From the NCBI GenBank assembly GCA_963840455.1, contig CAWIYV010000007.1, forward strand, positions 394,456-458,455: a stretch of DNA of 64,000 bases, written 5' to 3'. Made by a program: the position numbers and the translations under genes. The first letter of the stretch is position 1. Each line of letters opens with the position of its first letter. Positions 1 through 9,673 of the stretch are shown here, piece after piece. The DNA is from Nitrospirota bacterium. Its GTDB lineage: Bacteria; Nitrospirota; UBA9217. The notes beneath the pieces are model-generated. The model saw only the letters and a program-made list of their open reading frames with translations. It did not search any database and was not told where the DNA came from.

Positions 1-1564
1 CTCGGCTAAGCACAAGGCCTCCGAGGCGGTCTCGCGCCTCCTGGCGCTCCAGCCGCAGGATGCGCGGTTGGTCCAGGGGACCAGCCGCGTTATCGTGCCT
101 GCCGCGGAGGTCAGGAAAGGGGACCTGATCGAGATACTGCCCGGCGAGAAGGTCCCGCTGGACGGCATCGTGCGACAGGGGGCGTCCGAGGCCGATGAAT
201 CGCTCGTCACGGGCGAGTCGGGGCCTGTGGAAAAATCGATCGGCTCCGAAGTGATCGGCGGCTCATTGAACGGATTGGGGCTGCTGGTCATCGAAGTCAC
301 CCGTATCGGTCAGGATACGGTCATCGCCCAGATCGCCCGGCTCGTGGAGCAGGCCCAGGCAGCGACAGCGCCGGTCCAGAGGTTCGCAGATCGAGTATCG
401 GCATATTTCATTCCTTTCGTTCTCGCAGCCTCCGGCCTCACCTTCTGGTATTGGTCCCAACAGGTCTCTGTTGACCAGTCCCTGCTCAATGCCGTATCGG
501 TCCTGGTCATTGCCTGTCCATGCGCCCTTGGACTAGCCACGCCGGTGGCTGTCCTGGCAGGCACGGGTTCCGCTGCCCGGAAGGGCATCCTCATCAAAGG
601 CGGGGACATCCTTGAACGCATGCATAAGGTTGATACGGTCGTCCTGGACAAGACCGGAACGATCACGACAGGGAAAATGAGCGTTGTTGACGTTATTGCC
701 ACTAAATCCGCAATCCGAAATCCGCAATCCGAAATTTTTCAGTGCGCCGCGTCGGCAGAGCAGGGGTCGGAACATCTTATGGGTTCCGCCATAGTACGAC
801 ATGCCCGTGAACAGCATGTTCATCTCTTCCCGTTCGACGCATTCAGGGCGTTTCCCGGACAAGGGGTAGAGGCTTCGGTACGAGGGACACGCGTTCTCGT
901 CGGAAAAAGAGTGTTCCTGGAGGCCAATGGCATCACGATAGGTCCAGCGACCGTGCAGGAGGCGGAACAACTTGAACAGACCGGCAAGACCGTTGTAGGG
1001 GTTGCGCGCGGAGAGGAATTCCTCGGGTTCCTTGCCTTGATGGATGCTCCCAAAGAGGATGCAAAAGAGGCTGTCGGCCTGTTGAAAAGAATGAATATAG
1101 ATGTTACGATGGTCACCGGAGACAATATTGGGACAGCAAAGGCCATTGCAGACCAGACGGGAGTTACCTCGATCATCGCCGGAGTTCTACCCGAAGGGAA
1201 GTCGGAAGAGATCGCCAGACTGCGGGTCCAGGGAAGGGTGATCGCCATGGCAGGTGACGGGATCAATGATGCGCCCGCGCTCGTTGCTGCGGATATCGGT
1301 ATCGCCATGGCATCGGGTTCAGATATCGCCATGGAATCAGCTGACGTGGTGCTTATGCGGTCCGACCTGAAAAGCGTGGTACAGGCCATCGAGCTTTCTC
1401 GAACAACGTTCCGGATCATCAAACAAAACCTGTTCTGGGCGTTCTTTTATAATGGTGCGGCAATACCGATTGCCATGGCGGGAATGTTGAACCCGATCGT
1501 GGCCGCTGCTGCAATGGCAATAAGTTCCGTGACCGTGGTGTTGAATTCGTTAAGAATCAGGTAA
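1..1564 (+). CDS. ccoI: Cu+-translocating P1B-type ATPase, C-terminal ~520 aa (5-prime end lies outside window); CcoI/FixI-like given the following ccoS
   Basis: Reading frame is open from nt 2 (SAKHKASEAVSRLLALQPQDARL...). TM CPC motif (LVIACPCALGLATP), phosphorylation motif DKTGTIT, hinge motif GDGINDAPAL all present. Immediately followed by a FixS/CcoS-like mini-ORF. Confidence 0.85.
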   Translation, partial: SAKHKASEAVSRLLALQPQDARLVQGTSRVIVPAAEVRKGDLIEILPGEKVPLDGIVRQGASEADESLVTGESGPVEKSIGSEVIGGSLNGLGLLVIEVTRIGQDTVIAQIARLVEQAQAATAPVQRFADRVSAYFIPFVLAASGLTFWYWSQQVSVDQSLLNAVSVLVIACPCALGLATPVAVLAGTGSAARKGILIKGGDILERMHKVDTVVLDKTGTITTGKMSVVDVIATKSAIRNPQSEIFQCAASAEQGSEHLMGSAIVRHAREQHVHLFPFDAFRAFPGQGVEASVRGTRVLVGKRVFLEANGITIGPATVQEAEQLEQTGKTVVGVARGEEFLGFLALMDAPKEDAKEAVGLLKRMNIDVTMVTGDNIGTAKAIADQTGVTSIIAGVLPEGKSEEIARLRVQGRVIAMAGDGINDAPALVAADIGIAMASGSDIAMESADVVLMRSDLKSVVQAIELSRTTFRIIKQNLFWAFFYNGAAIPIAMAGMLNPIVAAAAMAISSVTVVLNSLRIR

Positions 1565-1585
1565 TGTAAAGAAACAAGGAGCTCT

Positions 1586-1654
1586 GACAGGATTGACAGG
1601 ATATTAAGAATAACTTTAAATTCATCAATTTATCCGATTTTATCCTGTAGTCCT
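1586..1654. repeat. Imperfect inverted repeat TGACAGGATTGACAGGAT ... ATCCTGTAGTCCTGTCA with a ~35-bp AT-rich spacer, between ccoI and ccoS
   Basis: Read directly from sequence. 17-18 bp arms with a central 2-3 nt mismatch. Confidence 0.6.
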
Positions 1655-1672
1655 GTCAAGAAAGGTTGTCGT

Positions 1673-1816
1673 ATGCTCTGGACGATCGTCGCGCTCATCA
1701 TTCTCATGTTCTTTGTCGGCCTCGCCGGTTGGTTCATCTTCCTCTGGGCGGTCAAGTCCGGCCAGTTCGACGATATAGAACGGCCCAAGCACCGTATGAT
1801 GGATGATGATAGCTAA
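1673..1816 (+). CDS. ccoS: cbb3-type cytochrome oxidase maturation protein CcoS/FixS (47 aa; absent from the ORF track because it is under 60 aa)
   Basis: ATG at 1673, TAA at 1814. Translation MLWTIVALIILMFFVGLAGWFIFLWAVKSGQFDDIERPKHRMMDDDS: single TM helix plus the WAVKSGQFDD...acidic tail signature of the FixS/CcoS family. Position directly after the P1B-ATPase fits the ccoGHIS order. Confidence 0.8.
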   Translation: MLWTIVALIILMFFVGLAGWFIFLWAVKSGQFDDIERPKHRMMDDDS

Positions 1817-1863
1817 ATGCAAATAACTTGGCGTATTCGTCAGTGTTTAGAATCGAATAATCA

Positions 1864-2553
1864 GTGTCTATGTATATCGAAATCTTCCTCATCGGCCTAT
1901 TCGGCAGCATGCACTGCATCGGCATGTGCGGCGGATTTGTTGCGATGTATTCTCTCAAGAGCCCGTCCGCCCGACCGTCATTGCCTTACCATCTTCTGTA
2001 CAATCTTGGAAGGATAACCACCTATTCCATCATCGGCGGAATACTGGGGTACATCGGTTCCTTTGCCGCATACATCGGCAGACACCGGGGTGTTCCCGGT
2101 GCTGTGCTGCTCGTCGCAGGCGTGTTCATGATCTTGATGGGTCTGAACATAGCCGGGATGCTCGGCAAGAGGGAACTTTTCGATGATACCGGGATAACCG
2201 AACGAACATTCTTCCGTGAGGCACTCCATACGATACTTGCCTTGGAATCGGCCTGGGGTACGCTCCTACTCGGACTGTTGCTGGGATTCCTGCCCTGCGG
2301 GCTTCTCTATCCGGTCTTGATGCAAGCGGCGGCAAGCAGCGGTTTCATCAGCGGCATGGTCATCATGCTTGTCTTCGGCGTCGGTACCGTGCCTGCGATG
2401 CTCTCGTTCGGCTTCCTGATATCCAGGATCCAGCCCCATAGGAAACTCTTTCTGTACCGCATCGCTGCCGTCCTTATCATCATCCTCGGCCTGCAATCCC
2501 TGCTGCGCGGTATGGCCTTCAACGGCTGGATAGCCCACGGAAAATACTGGTAA
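1864..2553 (+). CDS. DsbD_2/TauE-SafE-like polytopic membrane protein with an HCxGMCGG motif, of the type commonly found next to ccoS
   Basis: MHCIGMCGGFV motif in TM1, about 6 predicted TM segments, second Cys pair LPCGLLYP. Family assignment from memory of DsbD_2 (PF13386)-type proteins. Confidence 0.5.
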   Translation: MSMYIEIFLIGLFGSMHCIGMCGGFVAMYSLKSPSARPSLPYHLLYNLGRITTYSIIGGILGYIGSFAAYIGRHRGVPGAVLLVAGVFMILMGLNIAGMLGKRELFDDTGITERTFFREALHTILALESAWGTLLLGLLLGFLPCGLLYPVLMQAAASSGFISGMVIMLVFGVGTVPAMLSFGFLISRIQPHRKLFLYRIAAVLIIILGLQSLLRGMAFNGWIAHGKYW

Positions 2554-2648
2554 ACCCTTCCTTTCCGTCCCGGAAAAAGCGCTTGACAATATACGGTCAA
2601 CAAGGTAATGTATGCATTCTAATTAATTAACCGTTCGGTTAAATCAAT

Positions 2649-3344
2649 ATGAACACCATCAAACGAAAATCCTTGAAGACCGCGGTTGGCAGGCGGCCGA
2701 AGCCCACAAACCCCGATCAGGACTCACGTGCCGCCATCTTGAAAGCGGCCCGAACCGTGTTCGCTCGAAGGGGGTTCGAAGGCGCGTCGACCCGTGAAGT
2801 CGCCGATGTCGCGCGCGTGAACAATGCGATGATCTACTATCATTTCAAAGACAAGGTCGAGCTTTACCGGGCGGTCCTGGCCGATTCGTTCACCGCATTC
2901 GACCGCATCTGGGAACATGAGATGTTCAGTTCGCAGGCGACGACACGGGAGAAGATCCAGAAATATATAGAAGAGTTCATACGGTTCCAGCACGGAAATG
3001 AGGAGCTGCGAAGGATCATGTCCATGGAGTTCGCCGGCTGTACGAAGAACACGAAATGGCTTGCTGACAATTATTTCGTCCATAGTTACGAAAAGTTGGT
3101 GACGCTCTTGAAGGAAGGGATGAAACGGGGCGAATTGAAGAAGATCGATCCGGCTATGGCGATACCAAGCCTGGTCGGAATGATCATTCACAGCTTTATC
3201 ATGAGGCCCATCGCCGAACAGGTCATCGGCAAGAAGTTGGACCTGACCGCAGAACGGTTCGGGAAGTTCGTCACCGGCATGTTCTTCGAGGGGCTCTGTT
3301 GCGATGAGGGAACGATACCATTCCGGCAGGGGGCATCTTCATGA
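2649..3344 (+). CDS. TetR/AcrR family transcriptional regulator
   Basis: N-terminal HTH AARTVFARRGFEGASTREVADVARVNNAMIYYHFKDK. 4-bp ATGA overlap with the downstream efflux gene. Confidence 0.85.
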   Translation: MNTIKRKSLKTAVGRRPKPTNPDQDSRAAILKAARTVFARRGFEGASTREVADVARVNNAMIYYHFKDKVELYRAVLADSFTAFDRIWEHEMFSSQATTREKIQKYIEEFIRFQHGNEELRRIMSMEFAGCTKNTKWLADNYFVHSYEKLVTLLKEGMKRGELKKIDPAMAIPSLVGMIIHSFIMRPIAEQVIGKKLDLTAERFGKFVTGMFFEGLCCDEGTIPFRQGASS

Positions 3345-4639
3345 AATTACATGCACTATCCCTGGTCCTGCTGCTTGCGTTGGCCGTTCCACCGGCTGCG
3401 AGAGCTGCTCAGAGCATCACGCTGCAGGATGCCTATGACGCCGCCCTCACGTCTCATGAAACGGTGAAGATCTACCAGGAGAACACGGTCCAGGCGGACA
3501 GCAAGGTCGACCAGGCATGGACCTACATCTACCCCAAGGTGACGGGGCAAGGCTCCTACCTGCGTTATAACGAGACACTTCCCCCGAACGGAGGGGCTCT
3601 CATCTTTCAACCGCTCGGGCAGCTCCAGGCGGCAGTGGTATTGACCCAGCCGTTGTATACCGGCGGCAGGGCGCTGGCTGCCCTCCGGGCCGCCAAGACG
3701 ATGCAGAAATCCAGCAGGGACGATCTTTCGTCGACGAAGCAGAGCCTCCTGCTGAGCGTATCCGAGGCCTATTATGCCGTTCTCCGCTCGCAACGGGTCG
3801 TTGAGGTGAGCAGGGGAGCGCTTGAGCGTATGGAACGCCACAAGAAAGTCACGGAGCGGGAAGCTGCGACGCGACGGACCAAGGCCAATGTTTCGGCGCT
3901 GCTGCGGGCCAATACGCTGGTGGACCAGGCGCGGATCTTCCTCGTAACGGCGGAGAGCAACCTGAAAACGGCCAGGCAGAGGCTCAACCTGCTGACGCAA
4001 CTGCCAGAGGACGCGGCCGTCGCCGATCCCGCTGCCCTGCAGGCTCCTCCGGAACCCGTGCAGAAGCTCCAGGAACAGGCCCTGAAGGACCGGGATGACT
4101 ATGTAAGCTCCCAGCTGGGTCAGAATGTTGCGAAGGAGAATGTCGCCATTACGAGGGGGGCCCATTATCCTCAGATCTATGCAGAAGGCGGGATACGGTA
4201 TATGGACTCGAATCCCGCGACCCTGATGGATGCCACGACCTATTACGGGGGCGTCGTCTTGCAGGTCCCTATCTTCGAAGGCGGGCTGATGAAGGCCGAG
4301 GTCGCTGAGGCGCGTTCCAAGCAGCGCCAGTCCGAGTTGTCCACGGAGCTCCTGAAGCGGACCATTCAGAACGAGGTCGCCGAGGCATATCTCAACTATC
4401 AGACGCTCAGTACCGTGCTCGAAACGACAAAAACCCAGTTCGAATCTGCGCGCAAGAACTTTGATACGGTCGAAAGCCTTTTTTCCGAGGGACTGCTCCC
4501 AAGCCTTTCGGTCATTGACGCGCAGCAGGCGTTGTTCCTCGCCGAACGGGAGCTGGTGGCAGCCTCCATCGAACAGCAGCTGGCGATCCTGAGGCTCCAG
4601 AGGTCCATCGGCGTGCTCGGAAAACAGACGAGATCATAG
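3341..4639 (+). CDS. TolC-like outer membrane efflux protein (OMF)
   Basis: Signal peptide, two OEP repeat halves, conserved LYTGG, coiled-coil-rich. Confidence 0.8.
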   Translation: MKLHALSLVLLLALAVPPAARAAQSITLQDAYDAALTSHETVKIYQENTVQADSKVDQAWTYIYPKVTGQGSYLRYNETLPPNGGALIFQPLGQLQAAVVLTQPLYTGGRALAALRAAKTMQKSSRDDLSSTKQSLLLSVSEAYYAVLRSQRVVEVSRGALERMERHKKVTEREAATRRTKANVSALLRANTLVDQARIFLVTAESNLKTARQRLNLLTQLPEDAAVADPAALQAPPEPVQKLQEQALKDRDDYVSSQLGQNVAKENVAITRGAHYPQIYAEGGIRYMDSNPATLMDATTYYGGVVLQVPIFEGGLMKAEVAEARSKQRQSELSTELLKRTIQNEVAEAYLNYQTLSTVLETTKTQFESARKNFDTVESLFSEGLLPSLSVIDAQQALFLAERELVAASIEQQLAILRLQRSIGVLGKQTRS

Positions 4640-4652
4640 GACAAGGATACCC

Positions 4653-7600
4653 ATGAAACTTCCTGAGATATCGATCAAGCGTCCCGTATTCATGACCATG
4701 GTAGGCCTTGCGCTCATCGTGTTCGGCCTGGTGGCGTTCCCGAAGCTTGCCCTTGATCTCTTTCCGAAGATCGACTTCCCAGTGGTGAACATTACGACGA
4801 AGCTGGTCGGCGCGAGCCCCGAGATCATGGAAGTCGACGTTACGGACATCGTCGAAGAGGCCGTGAACACGATCAACGGCGTCAAGTCCATCACGTCCCG
4901 GAGCATGGAGGAATATTCCATCGTCACCGTGGAGTTCTTCCTCGAGCGCAATCTCGAACAGTCCGCCCAGGATGTGCGGGACAAAGTGGCCGCTGTTCGC
5001 AACCGCCTCCCGAAGGACACGGAGCCGCCGGTGATCGAAAAGATCAGCCCCGAGGACCAGCCCATCGTCTGGATCGCGGTCTGGGGCGACCGGTCCGTCA
5101 AGGACCTGACGCATTATGCCGACAAGGTATTGAAGCGCGACATCGAGAAGATCCCCGGTGTGGGATCGGTTACGATCAGCGGCGGCCGGACCCGTCAGAT
5201 ACGCTTCTGGCTGGACCGGAAAAAGCTGGAGTCTGTGTCGCTCACGGCGGACGATGTGAAACAAGCGCTTGGTCTGGAGCACCGCGAGGTCCCGGGAGGC
5301 CGGATCGAGAACCACCGCATTGAGTACATTGTCAAGACCAAGGGCGAATATGAGACTCCCGCGTCGTTCAACGATATGGTGATCACCTACCGGCACGGCA
5401 GGCTCATCAGGCTTCGGGATATCGGGAGGGCGGAGGACGGACTGGAGGACGAGCGTTCAATCACGCGGTTCAATGGCAAGACGAGCGTCGGCCTTTCGGT
5501 CAAGCGCCAATCAGGCGAGAATACCGTCGCGGTCGCGGAGCGGGTCAAGGCAGCCGTTGCCGCCACCCGTCCGCCGCAGGGCATGAAACTGGACATCACC
5601 TTTGACCAGTCGAAGTTCATCCGCCGTTCCATCGAGGATGTCCAGATATCGCTCTGGCTCGGCGCAGGCCTCGCCGTTCTCATTATCTTCGTCTTTCTCA
5701 GGAGCGTCCGGAGCACGTTGATCAGCGCCGTGGCGCTACCCACGTCGGTGATTGCGACCTTTGCCTTCATCCAGGTCTTCGGATTCACCCTGAACATCAT
5801 GACCATGCTCGGTCTGTCGCTCTCCATCGGCATCCTGATCGACGACTCTATCGTGGTGCTCGAGAACATCTACCGCAGGATGGAGGAAGGGGAGCCGCCG
5901 ATGCAGGCATCGCAGGAAGGAGCCTCAGAGATCGGCCTGGCGGTCATGGCCACTACCCTGTCCATCGTGGCCGTGTTTGTGCCCGTGGCGTTCATGAAGG
6001 GCATTGTGGGCAAGTTCTTTTTCGAGTTCGGCATCACGGTCACGGTTGCGGTCCTGATCTCCCTGTTCGTATCCCTGACGCTCACGCCCATGCTGACCTC
6101 CCGGTTCCTGAGCTACACCAAGAAGCATGGCAAGGTCTATCTGTTCATCGAGAAAGGCTTCGACGCGGTGTTCGGTGTCTATCGCCCGCTTCTTGGATGG
6201 GCGCTCCGGAACCGTTGGAAGGTCATTCTGATGGCGCTGGCCAGCGTTGTCGCAGGCATTGCCCTCTTCATGGTCCTGGGCAAGGAATTCCTGCCGGCCG
6301 AGGACCAGGGACGGTACATGGTAAGGTTGGAGACGCCCATAGACTATTCGCTGTCGCGCGCCGACAGCGCCATGCGGAAGATAGACGAGCAGCTCCGTCT
6401 GCGGCCGGAGGTGCTGAGCACCTTCTATGTCACCGGTTCCGACCTCACTCCCGATATCAACAAGAGCCGGATCTACGTGAACATGAAGGAGCGGAAGGAC
6501 CGGAGCATCATACAGATCGACTCGATGAAGCAGGTACGCGATTCTCTTGCAAGCCTGCCGGACATCAAGCCGTCGGTGGAAATGATCGCCATGGTAGGGG
6601 GCGGCATGCGGTCGGTCCCGATCCAGCTCATGATCCAGGGAAGGGACATCGAGGACCTGAACAAACGGACGCTCGCCATTAGGGACGAGTTCGCGAAACT
6701 GCCCGGCATCGTGGACGTGGACACGTCCATCGAGACCGGCAAGCCCGAGGTGCGGGTCCATATCGATCGCGAGAAAGCGGCGAATTTCGGGGTGAGCGCC
6801 GCGTCCATCGGGAACACGGTCAATACCATGATCGGCGGAGAGATCGTGGGCAAGTATAAGGACGAAAAGGAAGGCGAGCGCTACGACATCGTGGCGCGCC
6901 TGACAGCCCCGGAAAGGGACCAACCCTCTGCCCTGGATATGCTCTGGGTCCGCTCATCAACAGGCGAACTGGTGCGCATGAAGGATGTTACCAGCATCGA
7001 GACCGGAAAGGGCCCCACCATCATCATGCACTATAACCGGCAGCGGGCCGCCACACTGTTCGCGGGAACGGAAAAGACCAAGCCCATGGCCGGGGCCATG
7101 ACCGATCTTGACAAGATCGTCAAGAAGAACATAAGCCCTGATATTTCCACCCGGTACGTTGGCATGGCCGACGCCATGCTGGACGCCTTCAAGAACATCG
7201 CCTTTGCCCTGGTTATCGCGATCATCATGGTCTACATGATCCTGGCGTCCCAGTTCGAGAGCTTCGTGCATCCCTTTACGATCATGTTCTCGCTGCCCGT
7301 GAGCCTCATCGGCGCCATGGGGCTCCTTATGGTCACGGGAGAGCGGATCAGCATATACAGCCTTATCGGCATCATCATGCTCATGGGCCTGGTGACCAAG
7401 AACGCCATTCTTCTGGTCGACTATACCATTACGCTCCGGAGCAGGGGAATGGGGCGGGATGATGCGCTTCTGAAAGCCGGTCCAGTCCGGCTCCGGCCGA
7501 TCATCATGACCACAGCAGCCATGGTATTCGGCATGCTGCCGACAGCCCTCAAGATCGGGGAAGGAGCTGAGTCCCGGGCACCCATGGCCATTGCCGTCAT

Positions 7601-7709
7601 CGGCGGCCTGATAACCTCAACACTGCTCACCTTGGTGGTCGTACCGGTTGTCTACACCCTCATCGATGACCTTGAGAATAAGTTTAGAAAGAAAAGCTTA
7701 ACTAATTGA
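4653..7709 (+). CDS. RND efflux transporter permease (AcrB/CzcA superfamily), 1018 aa
   Basis: Canonical N-terminus [17 protein letters not shown], 12-TM plus two large periplasmic loops, C-terminal conserved block ILLVDYTI. Confidence 0.9.
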   Translation: MKLPEISIKRPVFMTMVGLALIVFGLVAFPKLALDLFPKIDFPVVNITTKLVGASPEIMEVDVTDIVEEAVNTINGVKSITSRSMEEYSIVTVEFFLERNLEQSAQDVRDKVAAVRNRLPKDTEPPVIEKISPEDQPIVWIAVWGDRSVKDLTHYADKVLKRDIEKIPGVGSVTISGGRTRQIRFWLDRKKLESVSLTADDVKQALGLEHREVPGGRIENHRIEYIVKTKGEYETPASFNDMVITYRHGRLIRLRDIGRAEDGLEDERSITRFNGKTSVGLSVKRQSGENTVAVAERVKAAVAATRPPQGMKLDITFDQSKFIRRSIEDVQISLWLGAGLAVLIIFVFLRSVRSTLISAVALPTSVIATFAFIQVFGFTLNIMTMLGLSLSIGILIDDSIVVLENIYRRMEEGEPPMQASQEGASEIGLAVMATTLSIVAVFVPVAFMKGIVGKFFFEFGITVTVAVLISLFVSLTLTPMLTSRFLSYTKKHGKVYLFIEKGFDAVFGVYRPLLGWALRNRWKVILMALASVVAGIALFMVLGKEFLPAEDQGRYMVRLETPIDYSLSRADSAMRKIDEQLRLRPEVLSTFYVTGSDLTPDINKSRIYVNMKERKDRSIIQIDSMKQVRDSLASLPDIKPSVEMIAMVGGGMRSVPIQLMIQGRDIEDLNKRTLAIRDEFAKLPGIVDVDTSIETGKPEVRVHIDREKAANFGVSAASIGNTVNTMIGGEIVGKYKDEKEGERYDIVARLTAPERDQPSALDMLWVRSSTGELVRMKDVTSIETGKGPTIIMHYNRQRAATLFAGTEKTKPMAGAMTDLDKIVKKNISPDISTRYVGMADAMLDAFKNIAFALVIAIIMVYMILASQFESFVHPFTIMFSLPVSLIGAMGLLMVTGERISIYSLIGIIMLMGLVTKNAILLVDYTITLRSRGMGRDDALLKAGPVRLRPIIMTTAAMVFGMLPTALKIGEGAESRAPMAIAVIGGLITSTLLTLVVVPVVYTLIDDLENKFRKKSLTN

Positions 7710-7795
7710 AAGTATATGATATAATCATGCATTCGACAACCTCCAGTGTTACATGATGATATTGGCTTTTGTTTCTATATGGTGGGTAGATACTA

Positions 7796-8617
7796 ATGTT
7801 AAAACTCGGCCACATAATCTATTCGAACTGCTTCCCCGTCCATGCCGGGATCCTGACCGGGAAGGTCGCCTGCCCTTTTCCGATCGTGGAAGGCATACCG
7901 ACCGAACTGAACCGGGCCCTCGTCGAGGGCAAGATCGATGTTTCGCCATCGTCGTCGATCGAGTACGCCACTTACCCGGGCAAGTACCGCATCCTGTCCG
8001 GCTTGTCGATCACTTCCCGAAACAAGGTCATGAGCATCCTGCTCGAGAGCCGGCTACCCCTGGACGAGTTGAACAATAAGACCGTTGCCCTGACCACGGC
8101 ATCGGCCACCTCGGTCGTCCTGCTCAGGGTGATCCTCGAGCTCTTTACCGGAGTGAACCCCGACTTCATGCTGTACGAGCAGGGAGTAGAGGATCCTTAC
8201 GACCGGGCGGACGCGGTCCTGACCATCGGCGACCTCGCCCTTAAGCGTTCCGTCAGGCCCCGTTTCCCTCATGCCTATGACCTCGGCGAGCTCTGGTACC
8301 AGCAGACCGGTCTGCCCTTCGTGTTCGCGCTGTGGCAGGTGAACTACCGGAAAGCGATCGAGCAGGACCTGGCACGGCTTGCCGATATTCTCACGGAGTC
8401 AAAACAGTACGGTATGTCCAGCCTGCGCGAGCTGGCGAACGGGCACGCTGCGGGCTTCGGGATCTCAGCGGATATGCTTTTTCAGTACTGGAACTGCTTC
8501 AGCTACGACTTCGGTCCCGAAGAGCAGAAGGGGCTCCTGACCTACTACGGGTACGCAGCGGAACTGGGGGCCATCGATGCCGTGCCGGAGCTCCGGATAT
8601 GGAGGAAGGGAGCATGA
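7796..8617 (+). CDS. MqnA/MqnD-family menaquinone (futalosine-pathway) biosynthesis protein, likely chorismate dehydratase
   Basis: GHIxYxNCxP N-terminus and IDVSPSSSIEYA block typical of the VitK2_biosynth family. ~273 aa. Confidence 0.6.
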   Translation: MLKLGHIIYSNCFPVHAGILTGKVACPFPIVEGIPTELNRALVEGKIDVSPSSSIEYATYPGKYRILSGLSITSRNKVMSILLESRLPLDELNNKTVALTTASATSVVLLRVILELFTGVNPDFMLYEQGVEDPYDRADAVLTIGDLALKRSVRPRFPHAYDLGELWYQQTGLPFVFALWQVNYRKAIEQDLARLADILTESKQYGMSSLRELANGHAAGFGISADMLFQYWNCFSYDFGPEEQKGLLTYYGYAAELGAIDAVPELRIWRKGA

Positions 8618-9603
8618 CGGCACCGTTGCGGCAGATGGATCACCACGGCCATGACCACGGGAATGCTCATGAACATGATCATGCCGGGGGCCATGTCGCC
8701 CACGCGGGTGCGGGCGGAAGGAAAGGGCTTCTGATCGCCCTCAGCATCACCCTGTTCATGATGCTCGCCGAGATCGTCGGCGGCATCATGTCCAACAGCC
8801 TTGCGCTCTTGTCCGATGCAGGCCACATGTTCACCGACACCCTGGCGCTCGCCCTGTCGTTCTTCGCCATGAAATTTGCGGACATGCCGGCGACGGAGAA
8901 GAAGACCTATGGCTTCTACCGCCTCGAGATCCTCGCGGCGCTCCTGAACGGCGTGATCCTCGTGCTCATTTCCCTCTACATCATCTACGAGGCATACCAG
9001 CGCATCCTGAACCCGCCTGCCGTGCAGGGGGCGCTGATGCTGATCGTGGCCGTAATCGGCCTGATCGTCAACATCATCGGCGCCCTGTTCCTGGTGAAAC
9101 ACCGTCATTCTACACTCAACATCCGGAGCGCGTTCCTGCACATCATCGGCGACGCGGTATCATCCGTCGGCGTCATCATCGGCGGCGTGGTGATCTATTA
9201 CACCGGCTGGTTCCTCATTGACCCGGTGCTGAGCATCATGATCGCTCTCGGTATCATTGCCGGCTCCTACGGCTTGGTGACAGAATCGGTGAACATCCTG
9301 CTCGAGTCCGCACCGTCCCATATCAACATCGAAGCTGTGGCTGCTGAGATCGCCACGGTGAACGGCGTTCGCGAGGCATACCACGTCCACATTTGGACCA
9401 TAACCTCGGGCGTCTATGCCCTGAGCGCCCACGTCATCATTGATGACATGCCGGTGAGCGGCAGCAGGGAACTGTTGAAGGATATCCAGCACCGTCTCGC
9501 GGAGCGCTTCAAGATCATCCACAGCACCATCCAGTTCGAATGCGAACGGTGCGTCGAGAGCGGGGTCTGTCCGCTCCCTGATGATGTGAAAAACCACCGG
9601 TAA
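8614..9603 (+). CDS. Cation diffusion facilitator (CzcD/ZitB-like) metal efflux protein with a His-rich N-terminus
   Basis: Start ATG overlaps the upstream TGA (ATGA), preceded by GGAGGAAGGG. HHGHDHGNAHEHDHAGGH N-terminal tail, six TM, LSDAGHM and HxxxD motifs. The longer track ORF from 8332 is an in-frame artefact overlapping the upstream gene. Confidence 0.85.
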   Translation: MTAPLRQMDHHGHDHGNAHEHDHAGGHVAHAGAGGRKGLLIALSITLFMMLAEIVGGIMSNSLALLSDAGHMFTDTLALALSFFAMKFADMPATEKKTYGFYRLEILAALLNGVILVLISLYIIYEAYQRILNPPAVQGALMLIVAVIGLIVNIIGALFLVKHRHSTLNIRSAFLHIIGDAVSSVGVIIGGVVIYYTGWFLIDPVLSIMIALGIIAGSYGLVTESVNILLESAPSHINIEAVAAEIATVNGVREAYHVHIWTITSGVYALSAHVIIDDMPVSGSRELLKDIQHRLAERFKIIHSTIQFECERCVESGVCPLPDDVKNHR

Positions 9604-9673
9604 CTCCCCATATTCCTTGACTTAATTATCTGTATTCGCTACACTGTCGGAGCTTTTTCAGCAGTCATATCAT

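Noticed and set aside
5925-6923. 332-aa ORF antisense to the RND permease gene (plus further antisense ORFs at 4512..5396 and 5387..5869)
   Set aside because: Low-complexity, His/Asp/Arg-rich translation typical of antisense frames in high-GC DNA. The plus-strand frame carries a full, motif-rich AcrB-family protein.
8332-8613. N-terminal extension of the CDF gene in the ORF track (and similar extensions at 18222..18278 and 26972..27133)
   Set aside because: Each extension overlaps the preceding gene in another frame and lacks an RBS. Internal ATGs with RBS/ATGA coupling give proteins with canonical N-termini.
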